From Gekko japonicus (Eukaryota), in contig NW_015160330.1 of NCBI RefSeq assembly GCF_001447785.1, positions 1-64,000 on the forward strand: 64,000 nucleotides of DNA, written 5' to 3'. Below, one piece after another: positions 1-12,023 of the stretch; the first letter of the stretch is position 1, and every line of letters starts with the position of its first letter. Both the position numbers and the translations under genes were made by a program. Under the pieces are notes generated by a model that ran no database searches, was not told the DNA's origin, and worked only from the letters and a program-made list of their open reading frames with translations.

Positions 1-606
1 CGGTTCTCCCGGATTAGAGTTGGCGCACTAGTATTTAGAGGTCCACTGCCTCTGAATGTGGAGGCTCCCTTTAGTCACTGTGGCCAGTAGACCCAGATGG
101 GCCTCTCCTCATCAAGGGGGCGTCCCACCATCAGCACGCATCAGCCATCTGCTCTGATGTGTAGCTGGCCCAGCAGGGGACTCCATGAATGGTGGATGTT
201 GTCAGTGGCCCTGTGGACTCCAGCAGGGTTATTGTGTCCAGGGGGTCTTCTGGACGGGGGTTTTTATGTGCAGTTTGTGTTTCCTGCTGGAAGAGCAGAG
301 GATTGCAACCAGGTATGCGTAGACCACACTGGCACTTAGGACTGAGCCTTCGGCTTCTCACATGGGAAGTGCCAGACCTACTAGCATTTCTAAAAAAAAG
401 GTGGCTGAAAGCAGTTGGATTGCCTTTCCCCCTTCTGCCAAAGGAGAGAAAGCCTTTTTTTAAAAATCCAAAACACTAGTCAAAGGGAAGGTTCTGCTCA
501 GTTCAAGCCCCCAAAGAGGGGGGGAAAGTGCATTTCTTCACAGCATGGAGTCAGTCCAGAACATAAAAGGGGGAAAGGGGAAAAAACCTGAACCTAAAAC
601 CTAGAA

Positions 607-925
607 TTCAGAACCTAAAAAGGTTAGTCAAGAATAGAAGAGGGCCAACTCTAAAAATCCAATTATGAAACATACAAAAATATACATATATATTTATTAA
701 ACACAAATTCAAATAACCAATAAGGGCCCATTCATACCTCATATACAAATGTTAAAACATACAAAAGCCGATGAAATAGACCTAACGCGTTTCGGCCTCC
801 ACAGGCCTTCCTCAGAGGTCTAATGCAAATAGAACATGCTGGCTAATATGTAAAATTATATACAATCATACATATATAAAATATGAAATAAAGACCAGAA
901 AACAATTGTTCCAAAGTTTAACCAC
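607..925 (-). mobile_element. Penelope-like element pLTR remnant carrying a hammerhead ribozyme
   Basis: AT-rich segment around a minimal hammerhead motif (777-822), with AATAAA on the minus strand; boundaries approximate. Confidence 0.55.
777..822 (-). ncRNA. Minimal type I hammerhead ribozyme (Penelope type)
   Basis: Minus strand TAGACCT-CTGAGGA-A-GGCCT(GTGG)AGGCC-GAAAC-GC-GTT-AGGTCTA: 7-bp stem I, CUGAnGA core, 5-bp stem II, GAAA, palindromic stem III, GUU cleavage triplet. Confidence 0.8.
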
Positions 926-934
926 TGGGCAAAG

Positions 935-1333
935 AAGAGGAAAGAGGTACTTTTCTCCCTTTCTCACAATACAAGAACTCGTGGGCACTCCATGAAATTG
1001 CTGAGCGGTCGGGTTAGAACGGATAAAAGGAAGTACTTCTTCACCCAAAGAGTGATTAACACTTGGAATTCACTGCCACAGGAACTGGTGGCGGCTACAA
1101 GCATGGACGGCTTCAAAAGGGAAGGTATAGATAGGGGCTCTGGGGCAAGAGATGCTCTGTCTTCTTGGTGCTTGGGGGGGGGGTCAACAGTGGGAGGGCT
1201 TCTAATGTCCTGGCCCCACTGGTGGACCTCCTGATGGCACCTGGTATTTCTGGCCACTGTGTGATACAGAGTGTTGGACTGGATGGGCCTTGGCCTGATC
1301 CAACATTGGCATCTCTTATGTTCTTATGTTCTT
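935..1333 (+). mobile_element. CR1 LINE 3' fragment
   Basis: Encodes RKYFFTQRVINTWNSLPQE (CR1 ORF2 C-terminus); ends in (TTCTTATG)n tail. Confidence 0.85.
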
Positions 1334-2249
1334 AATACAAAAATACAAATGAGACCTCCAGTGTAATCACTTGTCCAGTAGTACTTCTCTCTGGTCAACT
1401 ATATATTCTCCTGAGATTGTACAGCCAAATGTTCCCAATGAAATGTTCACTTCCTGTCGTGCCTTGAACATATCCCTTGGCCCCTTTCCCTCCACGACCT
1501 TCTGGGATTCCGCGCCTGGATGGTGGAATCCCGTGAGGAGGAGGTCTCTGTCCCAGCTCTGGAGGAAACTGAGGCAAGAGACCGGGGGNNNNNNNNNNNN
1601 NNNNNNNNNNNNNNNNNNNNNNNNNNNNNNNNNNNNNNNNNNNNNNNNNNNNNNNNGGGGGGGGGGAGGCAGCTGGCATAAAGGTCCTCCGGCTCTCCTT
1701 GGACCAGGAAAAGTCACCCAGAGGCCGAGAGAGGAGGCAGATGGTTCCTGCTGCCACCACCCCGTCATGCTTGCCGCTGGTTTTGCAAGAAGCGCCGGCT
1801 CTCCGGGACCGGAGGTGAGTGAGCGAGAGGGCCCCTGGCTTGGGCCGGCTTCACCACAGAGTGGGCCGGGGTTTGCCCTCACAGTCCCCAGCATGGCAGG
1901 AGGAGACTTCCTGGACAGCTTCCTATGAGCTGATCCTTCTCGGTGAAGCCAGCTGGGCGTCTCTTCCACCATCTTTCTTTGCAGGGGCTAAAGCAACAGT
2001 TGGCTGCTTTTACTTGTTGTCCAGTAAACACGTTTCATATAAACTAAGCGCAATGGCAAGCCATGGTCAGTGCCTGTTCTCCCCCCCCTTCGCCGTGTAA
2101 CGTCCAGTTCAGAAAGCTGCCTTCCTCAAAGGGCCTGAATGTGAGCAACGGGGTTTTTTTCGTTTCAGAAGGCACCCTGGAGTTCTGAAGAAGCGGGCAA
2201 TGACCCAGGGAAGCTCCTCCCCTGCCACAAATGTTGTTAGTCAGTTTGA

Positions 2250-2742
2250 GAGAGCCAGTTTGGTGGAGAGTCAGTTTGGTGTCGTGGTTTATTATTTATT
2301 TATTTATTATATTTATACCCCGCCCATCCCGCGAGCGGGCTCAGGGCGGCTAACACAGTGGTACGATGTACCTAATTGACATACATAAAACTTAAAAACT
2401 CTATAAAATCTCACAAACAAATACTTTAAGACATGAATTAACAGTTTCCACTAAAGTGGTTAAGTGCGCGGACTCTAATCTGGGAGAACCGGGTTTGATT
2501 CCCCCACTCCTCCTCCACTTGCACCTGGCTGGATGACCTTGTTGGGCAAGCCCTAGTTCTGATAAGAGCTGTCCCTGAAAAAGAGCAGTTTCTGTCAAGA
2601 GCTCTCTCAGCCCCACCGACCTCCCAGGGTGCCTGTTGTGGGGAGGGGAAGGGAAAGGAGTTTGTGAGCTGCTCTGAGACACCTTTGAGTAGTGAAGGGC
2701 GGGGTATTAATCCAATCTCTTCCTCCTCCCCCTCCTCCTCCT
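2250..2742 (+). mobile_element. Squam3-type tRNA SINE with nested LINE-tail insertion
   Basis: GAGAGCCAGTTTGGTGT..GTGGTTAAG head, B-box GGTTTGATTCCCC, (CCT/CTT)n tail; about 20 similar copies occur in the window. Confidence 0.75.
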
Positions 2743-2791
2743 AGTCTTGAAGATGCTGCTGGAATCTTACTCTTTTCTACGCTGCAGACAG

Positions 2792-3551
2792 ACTGGAATC
2801 TGCAGTGGTATTTCCCACTGCTTCGGCTACACTCTCGCTCCGTCTCCAAAAAAGATGTCCACCTCTCTTTAGGTTTCGCTCTCCTACTGCACTGTTATAA
2901 TTTCTGCTGTCTGCACTGTTTTATTGCCCTATGGTTTTGGCTCAATCATGACTGTGGCTTCTCTCCGGCTCAAATGGATGTGCTTAAAAGCACTCTAAGC
3001 CCCCCACCCCCCAAAAATGCTAATCGGAGGCTTATCTGCTCTGTTTACCTTCTGACAGCACATAGAGGGATGTAAGAAACTTTTCCCTTGCTTGACAGGC
3101 TAAGTGTGAATGATTTTGTCTTGTTTTGTGATTTTTATATTGCCTGAAAAGTTAGTGAAAGATCCCTTCGACATACATACATACATTCTGCAAACTAAAC
3201 ACCCATACAGTCTTTACAGTTTTTTTGGGCCATTTTGGCTATTTTTGCTTTCTTGTTTAAACCAAAAACTGGGCAAAACTGAAAGCTGAGAACATCCTTC
3301 TCTTTGAACGTAAAGAGAAGTTTGTTGTAGCTTGTTGGCTTGTTGCCTTAAGTAATTTATTGCCTCATGTAAAGCCAATGGGTGCCGGCAAACTCCCGGA
3401 GTGCTAGAGAAGAGAGAGAAGAACGGCAACATTCCCGACCAGCGAGCAGGAAAAAATAGCAGATTTTTGGTACCACTTTGAAAAAAGTATCACACCAGTA
3501 TAAAGAGGGACGGCATCAAGACGGCTTTAAAAATGAAATGCAGATTCAGCC
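2792..3551. mobile_element. Non-autonomous TIR DNA transposon (Harbinger-like), copy 1
   Basis: Ends GAATCTGCA...TGCAGATTCAGCC; colinear with 8135-9494. Confidence 0.65.
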
Positions 3552-4327
3552 TTATAACAGGGCCACCCGTCTTGATCTGTTTTCTTGGGCATAATCCCCA
3601 TAAAGTAACCCCATAGCATTGCCATCTGTAATGCCCTTGAATTCAGCTCCTCTTTCTCTCAGCCTAATTTTCTGTGAGGATGAAACAGGGGTGGGAAAAC
3701 AATGTCCGGGATCCCTTGAAGGGAGGGCAGGACGCAAATGCGTGAATGAATCCGTGCCTAAAAAGGGACAGAAAGAAAGTGGTACACACCTGTGATTGTC
3801 CCCAACCTTTATAGATAAGAAAAACAGACCCAGGAATCTGAAAACAGGTGCAAGAGAAACATTAAGTTCCAGAGGGGAAACTGGAAGACAGTAAGAAATG
3901 CTGAACAAAGTTCGAGTCCAGCGGCACCTCTGAGACCGACAGAGTTGTATTCAAAGTGTAAGCTTTTGCGTGCACGCAGACTTCCTCAGACAAGAACGAA
4001 AGAAAGAAATGCTTCCCATGCCAAATGCAGGAAGAGAAAGGGAAAAAACACCAGCGGGGGGAGAGCAGGGTGTGGGGGGTGATGGTGGAGAAAATTCCAC
4101 TTAGAGGGACTGTTGGGGTGATCCTAGAAGACCAGTTCTGATCCACCAGGGACTGAGCTTATCGCAGAGTACGTGAGTCGAGGGGGGTGAGGAGGAGTAC
4201 GGAAGGAAATGAAGACCCTTGGCCAGAAAGTTGCTTCCTGAGCCCTATGCAGAGATGTTCCCTGTTCGGATGTTGAATGATCCCATCTCACGTTCAGTCG
4301 GCTGCTTCCAAATCCACGCTTTCGTGG

Positions 4328-4630
4328 CGCCAGTTTGGTGTCGTGGTTAAGTGCACGGACTCTAATCTGGGAGAGCCGGGTTTGATTCCCCACTGCTCCT
4401 CCACTTGCACCTGGCTGGATGGCCTTGGGCAAGCCATAGTTCTCTCAGAGCTGTTCTTGGAAAAGAGCCGTTTCTGTCAGAGCTCTCTCAGCCCCACCCA
4501 CCTCCCAGGGTGTCTGTTGTGGGGAGGGGAAGGGAAAGGAGTTTGTCAGCCGCTCTGAGACTCCTTTGGGTAGTGAAAGGCGGGGTATACATCTAATTTC
4601 TTCTTCTTCCTCCTCTTCTTCTTCTTCTTC
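4328..4630 (+). mobile_element. Squam3-type SINE, full length
   Basis: tRNA-like head through (TTC)n tail. Confidence 0.75.
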
Positions 4631-4959
4631 TGGCCAGCTCAAAAGACAGCCCTACAGGCTGGTTGGTTCTGGCACAGCTGTTCTTGAAAAAGAGCAGTTT
4701 CTGTCAGAGCTCTCTCAGCCCCGCTGACCTCACAAGAGAGTGTCTGTTGTGGGGAAGGGAAAGGAGTTTGTAAGCTGCTCTGAGACACCTTTGGGTAGTG
4801 AAGGGTGGGGTAGAAATACAATCTCTTCTGGGCTTGGAAAAGGGGTCACTGGGGGTGTGGGGTGATATTTGTGAATTTCCTGCATTGTGCAGGGGGTTGG
4901 ACTAGATGACCCTGGAGGTCCCTTCCAGCTCTACGATTCTATGACTTAGATGATGCAGG

Positions 4960-6128
4960 GGGGACGGGGGGACATGATAGAGGTCTCTGGCCTGTAAATG
5001 GTAGTGATAGAGGTTTATCAAATCATGCATGAGGTGGAGAGATCTGACAATGGGAACTTTTTCTCCCTCTCTCAAAATGCTAGAACTTGAAGGCATCGAA
5101 TGAAGCTGATGGGAAGTAGGTTCAGGACAGACAAAAGGAAATACTACTTTACACAGAGAGTGATTGAAATGTGGAATTTGCTGCCAGAGGATGTAGTGAT
5201 GGCCACAGGAATAAACAGATTTAAAAGGGGATTAGACAGATTCATGGAGAATAAGTCTGTCAGTGGCTACTAGCCATAGTGACTGAGGGGAGCCTTCACA
5301 TTCAGAGGCACTCATCCTCTGAATCCCAGAGCCAGGAGGCAATATCAGAAGGCCTCGGCCTCTCTGCCCTGTTGCTGGCCCTCCAGAGGAACTGGCTGGC
5401 CCCTGTGTGAGACGGGAGGCTGGACTAGAGGGACCCTCCCTGGTCTGACCCAGCAGGGCTCTTCTGAGGTTCTTATCAGGGGAAGGCCTCGGCCTCTCTG
5501 CCCTGTTGCTGGCCTTCCAGAGGAACTGGCTGGCCCCTGTGTGAGACGGGAGGCTGGATGGACCCTCCCTGGTCTGACCCAGCAGGGCTCTTCTGGTGTT
5601 CTTCTCAGAGGAAGGCCTCGGCCTCTCTACCCTGTTGTTGGCCCTCCAGAGGAACTGGCTGGCCACTGTTTAAGATGGGATGCTGGACTAGACGGACCCT
5701 CACTGGTCTGATCTAGTAGGGCTCTTCTGAGGTTCTTATCAGGGGAAGGCCTCCTCGGCCTCTCTGCCCTGTTGTTGGCCCTCCAGAGGGACTGGCTGTG
5801 TGAGACGGGAGGCTGGACTGGATGGACCCTCACTGGTCTGACCCAGCAGGGCTCTTCTGATGTTCTTCTCGGGGAAGGCCTCGGCCTCTCTACCCTGTTG
5901 CTGGCCCTCCAGAGGGACTGGTTGGCCACTGTGAGAGACGGGAGGCTGGACTGGATGGACCCTCCCTGGTCTGACCCAGCAGGGCTCTTCTGAGGTTCTT
6001 CTCAGGGGAAGGCCTCGGCCTCTCTGCCCTGTTGTTGGCCCTCCAGAGGAGCCACTGTGGGAGACAAGATGCTGAACCAGAAGGACCCTCCCTGGTCTGA
6101 CCAAGCAGGGCTCTTCTGAGGTTCTTAC
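4960..6128 (+). repeat. CR1 3' fragment ending in a tandem array of six ~126-137 bp units
   Basis: AGAGG(A/G)A.. unit marker at 5385, 5519, 5648, 5785, 5911 and 6045, preceded by CR1 ORF2-like sequence. Confidence 0.85.
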
Positions 6129-6292
6129 ATTCTGTCAGGCATCCTTTCCACATTCATGCCTAAAGCAATGGCTGCTAGATGCTGATCAGATGGGAAACCC
6201 CTACAGCAGATGCACAGAATCATTCACACTGTCTTGCTCTGTGACTCCTCCCTCAGCGCCGCGTTCGTGCACCATGCCTGCAGTGAGCGACG

Positions 6293-7243
6293 ATGTCCGT
6301 CTGTAATGGAAGCCGTGGGACCCCTTCCTCTTTCATCCTCCTGGGCATCCCTGGCCTGGAAGCGGTCTACCACTGGCTCTCCATCCCTCTTTCGTCCATG
6401 TACATCGTGACGCTGCTGGGGAACTGCACCCTCTTGTACACCATTGCGACGGAGCCCAGCCTCCACCGGCCCATGTACGTCTTCCTCTGCATGCTGGCCC
6501 TCATCGACCTGGTGCTCTCCACCTCCACCCTGCCCAAGATGCTCTGCATCCTCTGGTCCCGAGCTGGGGAGATCGACTTCAACTCCTGCCTGGTCCAGAT
6601 GTTCTTCATCCACTCCTTCTCCATCATGGAGTCGACGGTGCTCGTGGCCATGGCCTTCGACCGCTACGTGGCCATCTGCAACCCCCTGAGGTACGACTCC
6701 ATCCTAACCAACCCGTTGTTGGCCAAAATTGGGGCGGTGGTGGTCGTGAGGGGCTCGGCCTTCATCACCCCCATTGTCATCTTGGCGTCCCGCCTGCCGT
6801 ACTGCAAGACCCACCTCATCGGCCACACCTACTGCGAGCACATGGCCGTGGTGAAGCTGGCTTGCTCCAGCATCGTCGCCAACATTGTGTACGGCTTGGT
6901 GGTGGCTCTCCTCGTGGTGGGGGTGGACTTGCTGTTCATCACCCTTTCCTACTGCATGATCGCCAGGGCGGTCTTGGCCTTGCCGTCCAAAGACGCCCGC
7001 CACAAAGCCTTCAGCACCTGCGCGGCTCACGTGGCGGTCATCCTGGTGTCCTACACCCCGGCGCTTTTCACCATCCTGACACACCGATTTGGGCACCACG
7101 TGATGCCTCATGTGCACATCCTCCTGGCCAACTTCTACCTCCTCTTCCCCCCCATGCTGAACCCCATCGTGTACGGGGTGAAGACCAAGGAGATCCGTGA
7201 CTGCGTGATCCACATGCTTCTGCGGAGAAAGCACCTTTCCTGA
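6293..7243 (+). CDS. Class I olfactory receptor, OR52-like, 316 aa
   Basis: GIPGLE, LHRPMY, MAFDRYVAICNPLRY, HTYCEHMAVVKLAC, KAFSTC, PPMLNPIVYGVKT; NGS glycosylation site; intact ORF. Confidence 0.96.
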   Translation: MSVCNGSRGTPSSFILLGIPGLEAVYHWLSIPLSSMYIVTLLGNCTLLYTIATEPSLHRPMYVFLCMLALIDLVLSTSTLPKMLCILWSRAGEIDFNSCLVQMFFIHSFSIMESTVLVAMAFDRYVAICNPLRYDSILTNPLLAKIGAVVVVRGSAFITPIVILASRLPYCKTHLIGHTYCEHMAVVKLACSSIVANIVYGLVVALLVVGVDLLFITLSYCMIARAVLALPSKDARHKAFSTCAAHVAVILVSYTPALFTILTHRFGHHVMPHVHILLANFYLLFPPMLNPIVYGVKTKEIRDCVIHMLLRRKHLS

Positions 7244-7274
7244 AAGGACTGGAGACGTTCCGAAGGGACATAAC

Positions 7275-7483
7275 CAGTGTTCCCTCTAAGCTGAGTTAGC
7301 GTGAGCTGGCTCACAGTTTTGAAGCCTCTGGCTCACACATTTTTGTCTCAGTTCAGGAAGGATGGGGCTCCAGAGCAAAGTAATTTATGCCAACAGCCAA
7401 ATCGCTCGCTCACAACTTTCATGCCAGTCGCTCACCAAGTAGAACTTTTGCTCACAAGACTCCATAGCTTAGAGGGAGCATTG
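7275..7483. mobile_element. hAT MITE, family A (~209 bp)
   Basis: TIR CAGTGTTCCCTCTAAGCT / AGCTTAGAGGGAGCATTG; perfect 8-bp TSD GACATAAC. Confidence 0.9.
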
Positions 7484-8134
7484 GACATAACTGCCCTTTT
7501 TTTTCCTGGTCAACAAGCTCAGCAAAATTTATTCCTGAATAATATTGGGTTAGGGTGTTTGTCTTTTGACTACAGATCTTCTAAGTTATTTGCATTGTGC
7601 CTTTATAATTGAGCGTAAGACCTTTGGTCATAGAAGCTAATAAATGTAAGTAAGTATGCATTGTGCCTATTTTTGTGTGTGTGTAAGCTTTTTCCTCGTG
7701 TGTAGGCTTGTTCAGGCTTGTTCAGGCTTGTTCAGGCATTGCAAGGGGGGGAGAGGAAAAAGTCGGTGCTTTCAGAAAGCACCTGGAAGCCCTAGTGATG
7801 GAGAAATACATGGCATGAAGTCCAGAATTTGCAGAAGGGAAGTACGACTTTGGCCTGGCGTTAGACTCCCTGGGTCCCTCCCTCTTCTTATTTCCCCTGC
7901 CAGATTAATTCTGCCTTCTGCCCTTCTTCAACCAACCAACCTCCCTCCCTCCCCACTCACGCACGCACACACAGTCTTACCATAGGCAGGCAACAAAAAC
8001 ACGGCAGTGCCCTCTTTCCTGTGCCGAATTAAATGAAAGCTAAAAAAAAAAAAAATGGAGATGGTTGTCATTCGGGGTGAACAAGGAGGCTGCCCTCTGC
8101 TTGTTACGAGACATACTGAACAGGCTGTCAGTAA

Positions 8135-9494
8135 GGTGGAATCTGCATTGGTATTTCCCACTGCTTCGGCTACACTCTCGCTCCGTCTCCAAAAAAGATG
8201 TCCACATCTCTTTAGGTTTTGCTCTCCTACTGCACTGTTATAATTTCTGCTGTCTGCACTGTTTTATGCCCTATGGTTTGGGCTCCGTCATGACTGTGGC
8301 TTCTCTCCGGCTCAAATGGATGATCTTAAAAGCACTCTAAGCCCCCCCCCCCAAAGTGCTAATCAGAGTAGGGTTGCCAGCCTCCAGGTGGGGCCTGGGG
8401 ATCTCCCGCTTTTACCACTGATCCCCAGCCGACAGAGATCAGCTCCCCTGGAGAAAATGGCTCCTTTGAAGGGTGGACTCTATGGCATTGTACTGTGCAG
8501 AGGCCCCTCCCCTCCCCAAACCACACCCTCTCCTGGCTCTTCTGACAGCACATAGATGGCAGCAAGCTGTCATGATTGATCTTTTGTATATATGCTTCAC
8601 CTGTCTGTGCCTCTTAACCCTGCATTATTATCTGTATTACTTAATATGTTGATAGATGTTACCCAGCAACCCCAGCGCATGCTCAAAGGCGAGCAGCTTG
8701 TTAGCGAAATGCATAACATGTCAAGGGCAGGTGGTCAGATAAGGAAGAATGTTTTGGGAACTGCTTTGGTTAGGAGCCTGGGAAAATATATATTTTGAGC
8801 AAACTAGGCCGTTATGATTCTCAGCACTTTGGCGCTATTTACCCCGAGTGGGAAACCGTCCCATTGGTGTAAACCCTGTTTGAATCTCTTTCATGTTACC
8901 TGCTTGTACCCCTGTACGCCATTCTAAACAGAAATCTTTGTAAGTGAAACATCTTTTAATAAAGTCATCCTCTGGACTGAGAAGTGGCTCGTTGATCGAT
9001 GGTATCATCACAATAGAGGAATGTAAGAAACTTTTCCCTTGCTTGACAAGCTAAGAGTGAATGATTTTATCTTGTTTTGTGATTTTTATATTGCCTGAAA
9101 AGTTAGAGAAAGATCCCCTCTACATACATACATACATTCTGCAAACTAAACACCCATACAGTCCTTACAGTTTTTTGGCTATTTTTGCTTTTTTGTTTAA
9201 ACCAAAAGCTGGGCAAAACTGAAAGCTGAGACAATCCTTCTCTTTGAATGTAAAGAGAAGTTTATTATAGCTTGTTGGCTTGTTGCCTTAAGTAACTTAT
9301 TGCCTCGTGTAAAGCTAATGGGTGCCGGCAAACTCCGGGAGTGCTAGAGAAGAGGGAGGAGAACGACAACATTCCCGGCCAGCAAGCAGAAAAAAAATAG
9401 CAGATTTTTCGGTACCACTTTGAAAAAAGCATCACACCAGTGTAAAGAAAGACGGCATCAAGACTGCTTTAAAAATGAAAATGCAGATTCAGCC
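8135..9494. mobile_element. Non-autonomous Harbinger-like element, copy 2, with nested insertions
   Basis: TAA|GGTGGAATCTGCATT...AATGCAGATTCAGCC|TAA; 3-bp TAA TSD. Confidence 0.75.
8557..9012 (+). mobile_element. Solo LTR
   Basis: TG...CA ends, 5-bp TSD ATAGA, AATAAA near the 3' end; the empty site is seen in the paralogous copy near 3062. Confidence 0.7.
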
Positions 9495-9849
9495 TAAATC
9501 TTTACAATATGAATGGCCTCGAAAGGGCTTGAGGCTGTTTGGGACTGCATGGCGGGTTTCTGATTCGTGTGGATGGGTTTGGCCCGCAGGGTCTTGAAGC
9601 CCCGTCGTAGGGCAAAGAGGTGCCCCCGAGCTGCTTTTTAATAAGGGGGACAGGGCTGAGGTAAAACAGGATTGTTCCTGAGAGCACTTAGATAAATAGA
9701 TAGACCCAGGCCTGGCGAGATCTCCAGCAATTCTGCAGGGCCGTGAAGATAGAGCTTTTCCGCCGGGCATATCAGTGAGACTGATGTCAGGCCAGCTGAG
9801 CCTTGCCGACCCGCTAAGGCATGTAAATGGTAGTGCTTATACTGTGGTA

Positions 9850-10195
9850 AAAGTAAAGGTTCCCTTGCTCGAAAGCCAGTCGAATCCGACTCTAGGGTTG
9901 CGGTGCTCATCTCCATTTCAAAGCCGAAGAGCCAGCGCTGTCCGAAGACGTTTCCGTGGTCATGTGGCCGGCATGACTAAACACCAAGGCACACGGAACG
10001 CTGTTACCTTCCCACCGAAGTGGCACCTATTTATCTACTTGCAATTTCTTGCTTTCGAACTGCTAGGTTGGCAGGAGCTGGAACTAGAGATGGGAGCTCA
10101 CTCCATCATGCGGCACCCGGGTCTCGAACCACTGAACTACTGACCTTCCACAGCCTGCAGTTCAGCGTCTTAACCACTTGAGCCACCGCAGCTCC
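9850..10195 (-). mobile_element. Sauria SINE, full length
   Basis: GGAGCTGCGGTGGCTCAAGTGGTTAAG head, ACCTTT tail, 12-bp TSD TATACTGTGGTA. Confidence 0.88.
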
Positions 10196-10672
10196 TATAC
10201 TGTGGTAGAAGTCTAGATATAATATATACTGAGCCATTTTATTGATATTTATGGTATTTATAGTTAAACTGTTTTATATGAATTGTTCGTGCTCTATGTA
10301 TATTGGTTTTATTGATGTTGTGAGCCGCCCTGAGCCGCCTTGGCGGGAGGGCAGGATAGAAGTTGAACAAACAAACAAACAAACAAATAAATAAATGGGA
10401 CAGGAATGTAACGTGTGGCGCTGCTTGCAGTGTGCCGTCTCTTGCTCTTGCTGCATTGTTTTTTCTAATTTTCTGTAAACTGATTTTGCGCTGTTGATGG
10501 TATATCCTGTTTCATACAGATTTTTCAGCATCTGTCTAATTTTGTACACCAATCGTATTGCATTGCTTATTGTCTGCCTCACACGCTTTCTGTAGCATTT
10601 CTTTTCTTTTTTTAAAATCATTTTATCTGCCTTGAGTCTTAGCAAGGAAGTTGGACTATAAACAATATTCGT

Positions 10673-10945
10673 TTGGAAAAAGTGCAGAAAAGGGCAACTC
10701 GAATGATAAAAGGGTTGGAACGCTTTCCCTATGAGGAAAGGATAAAGCGCTTGGGGCTCTTTAGCTTGGAGAAACGACGACTGAGGGGTGACATGATCGA
10801 GGTTTATAAGATTATGCATGAGAGAAAGAGGTACTTTTCTCCCTTTCTCACAATACAAGAACTCGTGGGCACTCAATGAAATTGCTGAGCGGTCGGGTTA
10901 GAACGGATAAAAGGAAGTACTTCTTCACCCAAAGAGTGATTAACA
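10673..10945 (+). mobile_element. CR1 ORF2 fragment
   Basis: [34 protein letters not shown]. Confidence 0.88.
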
Positions 10946-12023
10946 GTGCAGGATCGGCCTAGAGCATCCTAGAGAGCCAGTTTGGCATAGTGGTTAAGTG
11001 TGCGGACTCTAATCTGGGAGAACCGGGTTTGATTCCCCACTCCTCCACTCGCACCTGGCTGGATGACCCCGGCCAAGCCATAACTCTGGCACAGCTAGAG
11101 CAGTTTCTGTCAAGAGCTCTCTCAGCCCCACCTGCCCCACAGGGTGTCTGTTGTGGGGAGGGGAAGGGAAAGGAGATTGTAAGCCGCTCTGAGACTCCTT
11201 TGGGTAGTGAAGGGCCATGGGGTAGAAATCCAATCTCCTCCTCCTCCTCCTCCTCTTCTTCCTCTTCTTCTCAGTTTTTTGTTTGCATTGAGAGCCCTCC
11301 CAGTCCAGGCTAGGGATGGTCATGAACCGGCTCACGAACTAGAGTTCATCATGAATTTTGGCCAGTTCAGGGTTCGTGAAGGATGTTCACTAACTGAATA
11401 GCCAGCACGAACACCCAAGAACAGAGTACTGTTCTGTTAAACACCTGGAATATGTTGGATTTAAGTCCCCCATGTTAAGAACCAGCTGGGCAGATCTAGC
11501 CTTTTGATGCATTCTTTTCACTAAAAATCCCTAAAGCTCAGTACCAATATTTATTTAGATGCGTTCAAGAAACACAAAACGACCTAGACATAGCAGAATA
11601 TACATCTACAACTTTGCAAGCCAACGCACGTCAGGAAAAACTAGTTCGACATTCCCCACAGACACACACACACACCTACCCCCCCTCCAAGATTTATTTC
11701 AGCCCTTGTGCAAGAGGGGAGGAGACGAGGGAATACTGAGATACTTCTGTTTGTTCAGGAGTGGACAGAACCTGGTAGACCTCCAAAGGCAGCCCAGCCA
11801 GTGGTGCTCAGAGAGGTCTCTGAAACCGGCTGGCAGAGGCTGAGGGAATTCTGGCCCTGCAGTCGGGTGCTGCTCAGCGTGAACTATAAATTAGACCCGG
11901 CCATTCCCTCCACAGGAGCTTCAAGCCCTGGCAGTGAACACACATCGGGAAGGCCACAGTGGACGCTTCTGCAAGGGAGGATTCTGCAGTATGAGAAGGT
12001 ACGGGACCATATTTAGCATCAAA

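Noticed and set aside
1367-1972. 201-aa minus-strand ORF
   Set aside because: Spans a gap and has no recognisable motif; possibly a LINE 5' remnant but unsupported
5232-6153. Repetitive ORFs and CRISPR-like periodicity
   Set aside because: Eukaryotic CR1-derived tandem units with no unique spacers and no cas genes
10972-11045. tRNA genes at SINE heads
   Set aside because: A/B boxes run into a conserved SINE body and tail in ~20 copies; no complete cloverleaf
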